Shown piece by piece: positions 63,142-64,000 of a DNA stretch of 64,000 nucleotides. Position 1 is the first letter of the stretch, and every line of letters begins with the position of its first letter. This stretch comes from Akkermansiaceae bacterium (lineage in GTDB: Bacteria; Verrucomicrobiota; Verrucomicrobiia; Verrucomicrobiales; Akkermansiaceae). A model generated the notes under the pieces. The model searched no databases. It was not told where the DNA came from and saw nothing but the letters and a program-made list of their open reading frames with translations. Location: contig JBGTDO010000029.1 of NCBI GenBank assembly GCA_041748235.1, positions 6,345 through 70,344 of the forward strand. Reading direction: 5' to 3'. The position numbers were made by a program, and so were the translations under genes.

Positions 63142-64000
63142 ATGCAGTCATCCCTCGAACTCGATACCCACCAGAAAGCTCTCAAAATAAACCTCGATTC
63201 GCGTTGGTACGGATCGTTCGCCGAGATCGGTGCGGGGCAGGAGGTGGTAAGGTGGTTTTTTCGGGTCGGCGGTGCTGCGGGCACGGTTGCGAAAAGCATC
63301 TCCGCTTACGACATGACGGTGAGCGACGCGATCTACGGGAGCGGGGATCGCTACGTGTCCAGATCGCGTCTGCAGGCCATGCTTGACCGCGAGTTTCGGC
63401 TGAACGTCGACCGCTTGAGCACCACAAGAGGGGACACCACATCGTTTTTCGCCTTTGCCGACACGGTAGTCGCTCGGTCTTTCAAGGGCGGAAACGAGTG
63501 CCACGGCTGGATGGGCGTGAAGTTCCAGTCGCGCCCGCACGATGAGCCAAGCCAGATCCTGATCCACGTGCGGATGCTAGATACGGAGGCATCGCTTCAG
63601 CAGGAGGCGTTGGGCGTGGTGGGGGTAAACCTCCTTTTTGGGGCCTTCTTCATGCATCACGAGCCGGAGACACTGGTGGAAAGCCTCCTCGACAAGCTTA
63701 CCACCGGCCGGATCGAGATCGACATGATCGAATTCTGCGGAATCGAGTTCCGCGCCGTCGACAATCGTCTGGTTAGCCTCCAACTAGTGCAGCTCGGGCT
63801 CAGTGGAGCGGCGATGTTCGGGGCAAATCACGAGGTGCTGCAGCCATCCGAGGCGCTTTATAAAAAGGCGATCCTCGTGGAACGGGGGAGCTTCCGGCCG
63901 CCGACGCACGTGAACTTCGACATGCTGGAGTGCGCGCTGGAAAAGTTCAAAAAAGAGCCATCGGTGGAGGGGAAGGAAATTCTCCCGATCTTCGAACTTA
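63142..64000 (+). CDS. Conserved protein, nucleotidyltransferase-related family (partial; runs off the window end)
   Basis: Manual translation: MQSSLELDTHQKALKINLDSRWYGSFAEIGAGQEVVRWFFRVGGAAGTVAKSISAYDM...VERGSFRPPTHVNFDM. Open to the window end, so missing from the ORF track. Confidence 0.8.
   Translation, partial: MQSSLELDTHQKALKINLDSRWYGSFAEIGAGQEVVRWFFRVGGAAGTVAKSISAYDMTVSDAIYGSGDRYVSRSRLQAMLDREFRLNVDRLSTTRGDTTSFFAFADTVVARSFKGGNECHGWMGVKFQSRPHDEPSQILIHVRMLDTEASLQQEALGVVGVNLLFGAFFMHHEPETLVESLLDKLTTGRIEIDMIEFCGIEFRAVDNRLVSLQLVQLGLSGAAMFGANHEVLQPSEALYKKAILVERGSFRPPTHVNFDMLECALEKFKKEPSVEGKEILPIFEL

Noticed and set aside
1-64000. CRISPR arrays, rRNA genes, IS elements
   Set aside because: No regularly spaced direct repeats, rRNA-like sequence or transposase motifs were noticed.

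Overview
GC-rich bacterial chromosome segment, most consistent with Verrucomicrobiota (Luteolibacter/Haloferula-like). This is inferred from the PEP-CTERM proteins, 'Y-x-I-E-x-S-x-D-[LM]-x-x-W...F-[YF]-R' C-terminal domains and gene repertoire. The left part (1-17 kb) is mostly housekeeping: panB, tRNA-Glu, cardiolipin synthase-like PLD, ispE, pgeF, MarR, an orphan DNA methyltransferase, aroB, cysJIH-cysK, Skp, an EboB/TatD-like hydrolase behind a structured leader, and tRNA-Lys. A stress-type accessory block lies between tRNA-Lys and tRNA-Thr: a frameshifted cysteine hydrolase, malQ, two DUF892 genes behind a sigma54-like promoter, a PAS hybrid kinase and a ChpT-like pseudokinase. It is followed by a TetR-regulated RND pump. 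The main candidate for an undescribed system is an 18.5-kb, eight-gene, co-oriented and largely translationally coupled operon of exported proteins (34195-52721). It encodes a ~2800-aa protein whose C-terminal ~600 aa resemble the pore and TcB-binding region of Tc-toxin A subunits, with no TcB/TcC in the window. It also encodes two S74-chaperone tail-fibre-like proteins sharing an N-terminal adaptor domain but carrying different heads, accessory secreted proteins and a PEP-CTERM protein. A decayed diadenylate-cyclase-like fragment sits at the operon's left edge. The right part is housekeeping and membrane genes: TerC, K+ channel, MscS-like, manC, sigma70, redoxin, M42-like peptidase, DsbD-domain protein. 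All family assignments are from motif recognition by eye; no searches were run.
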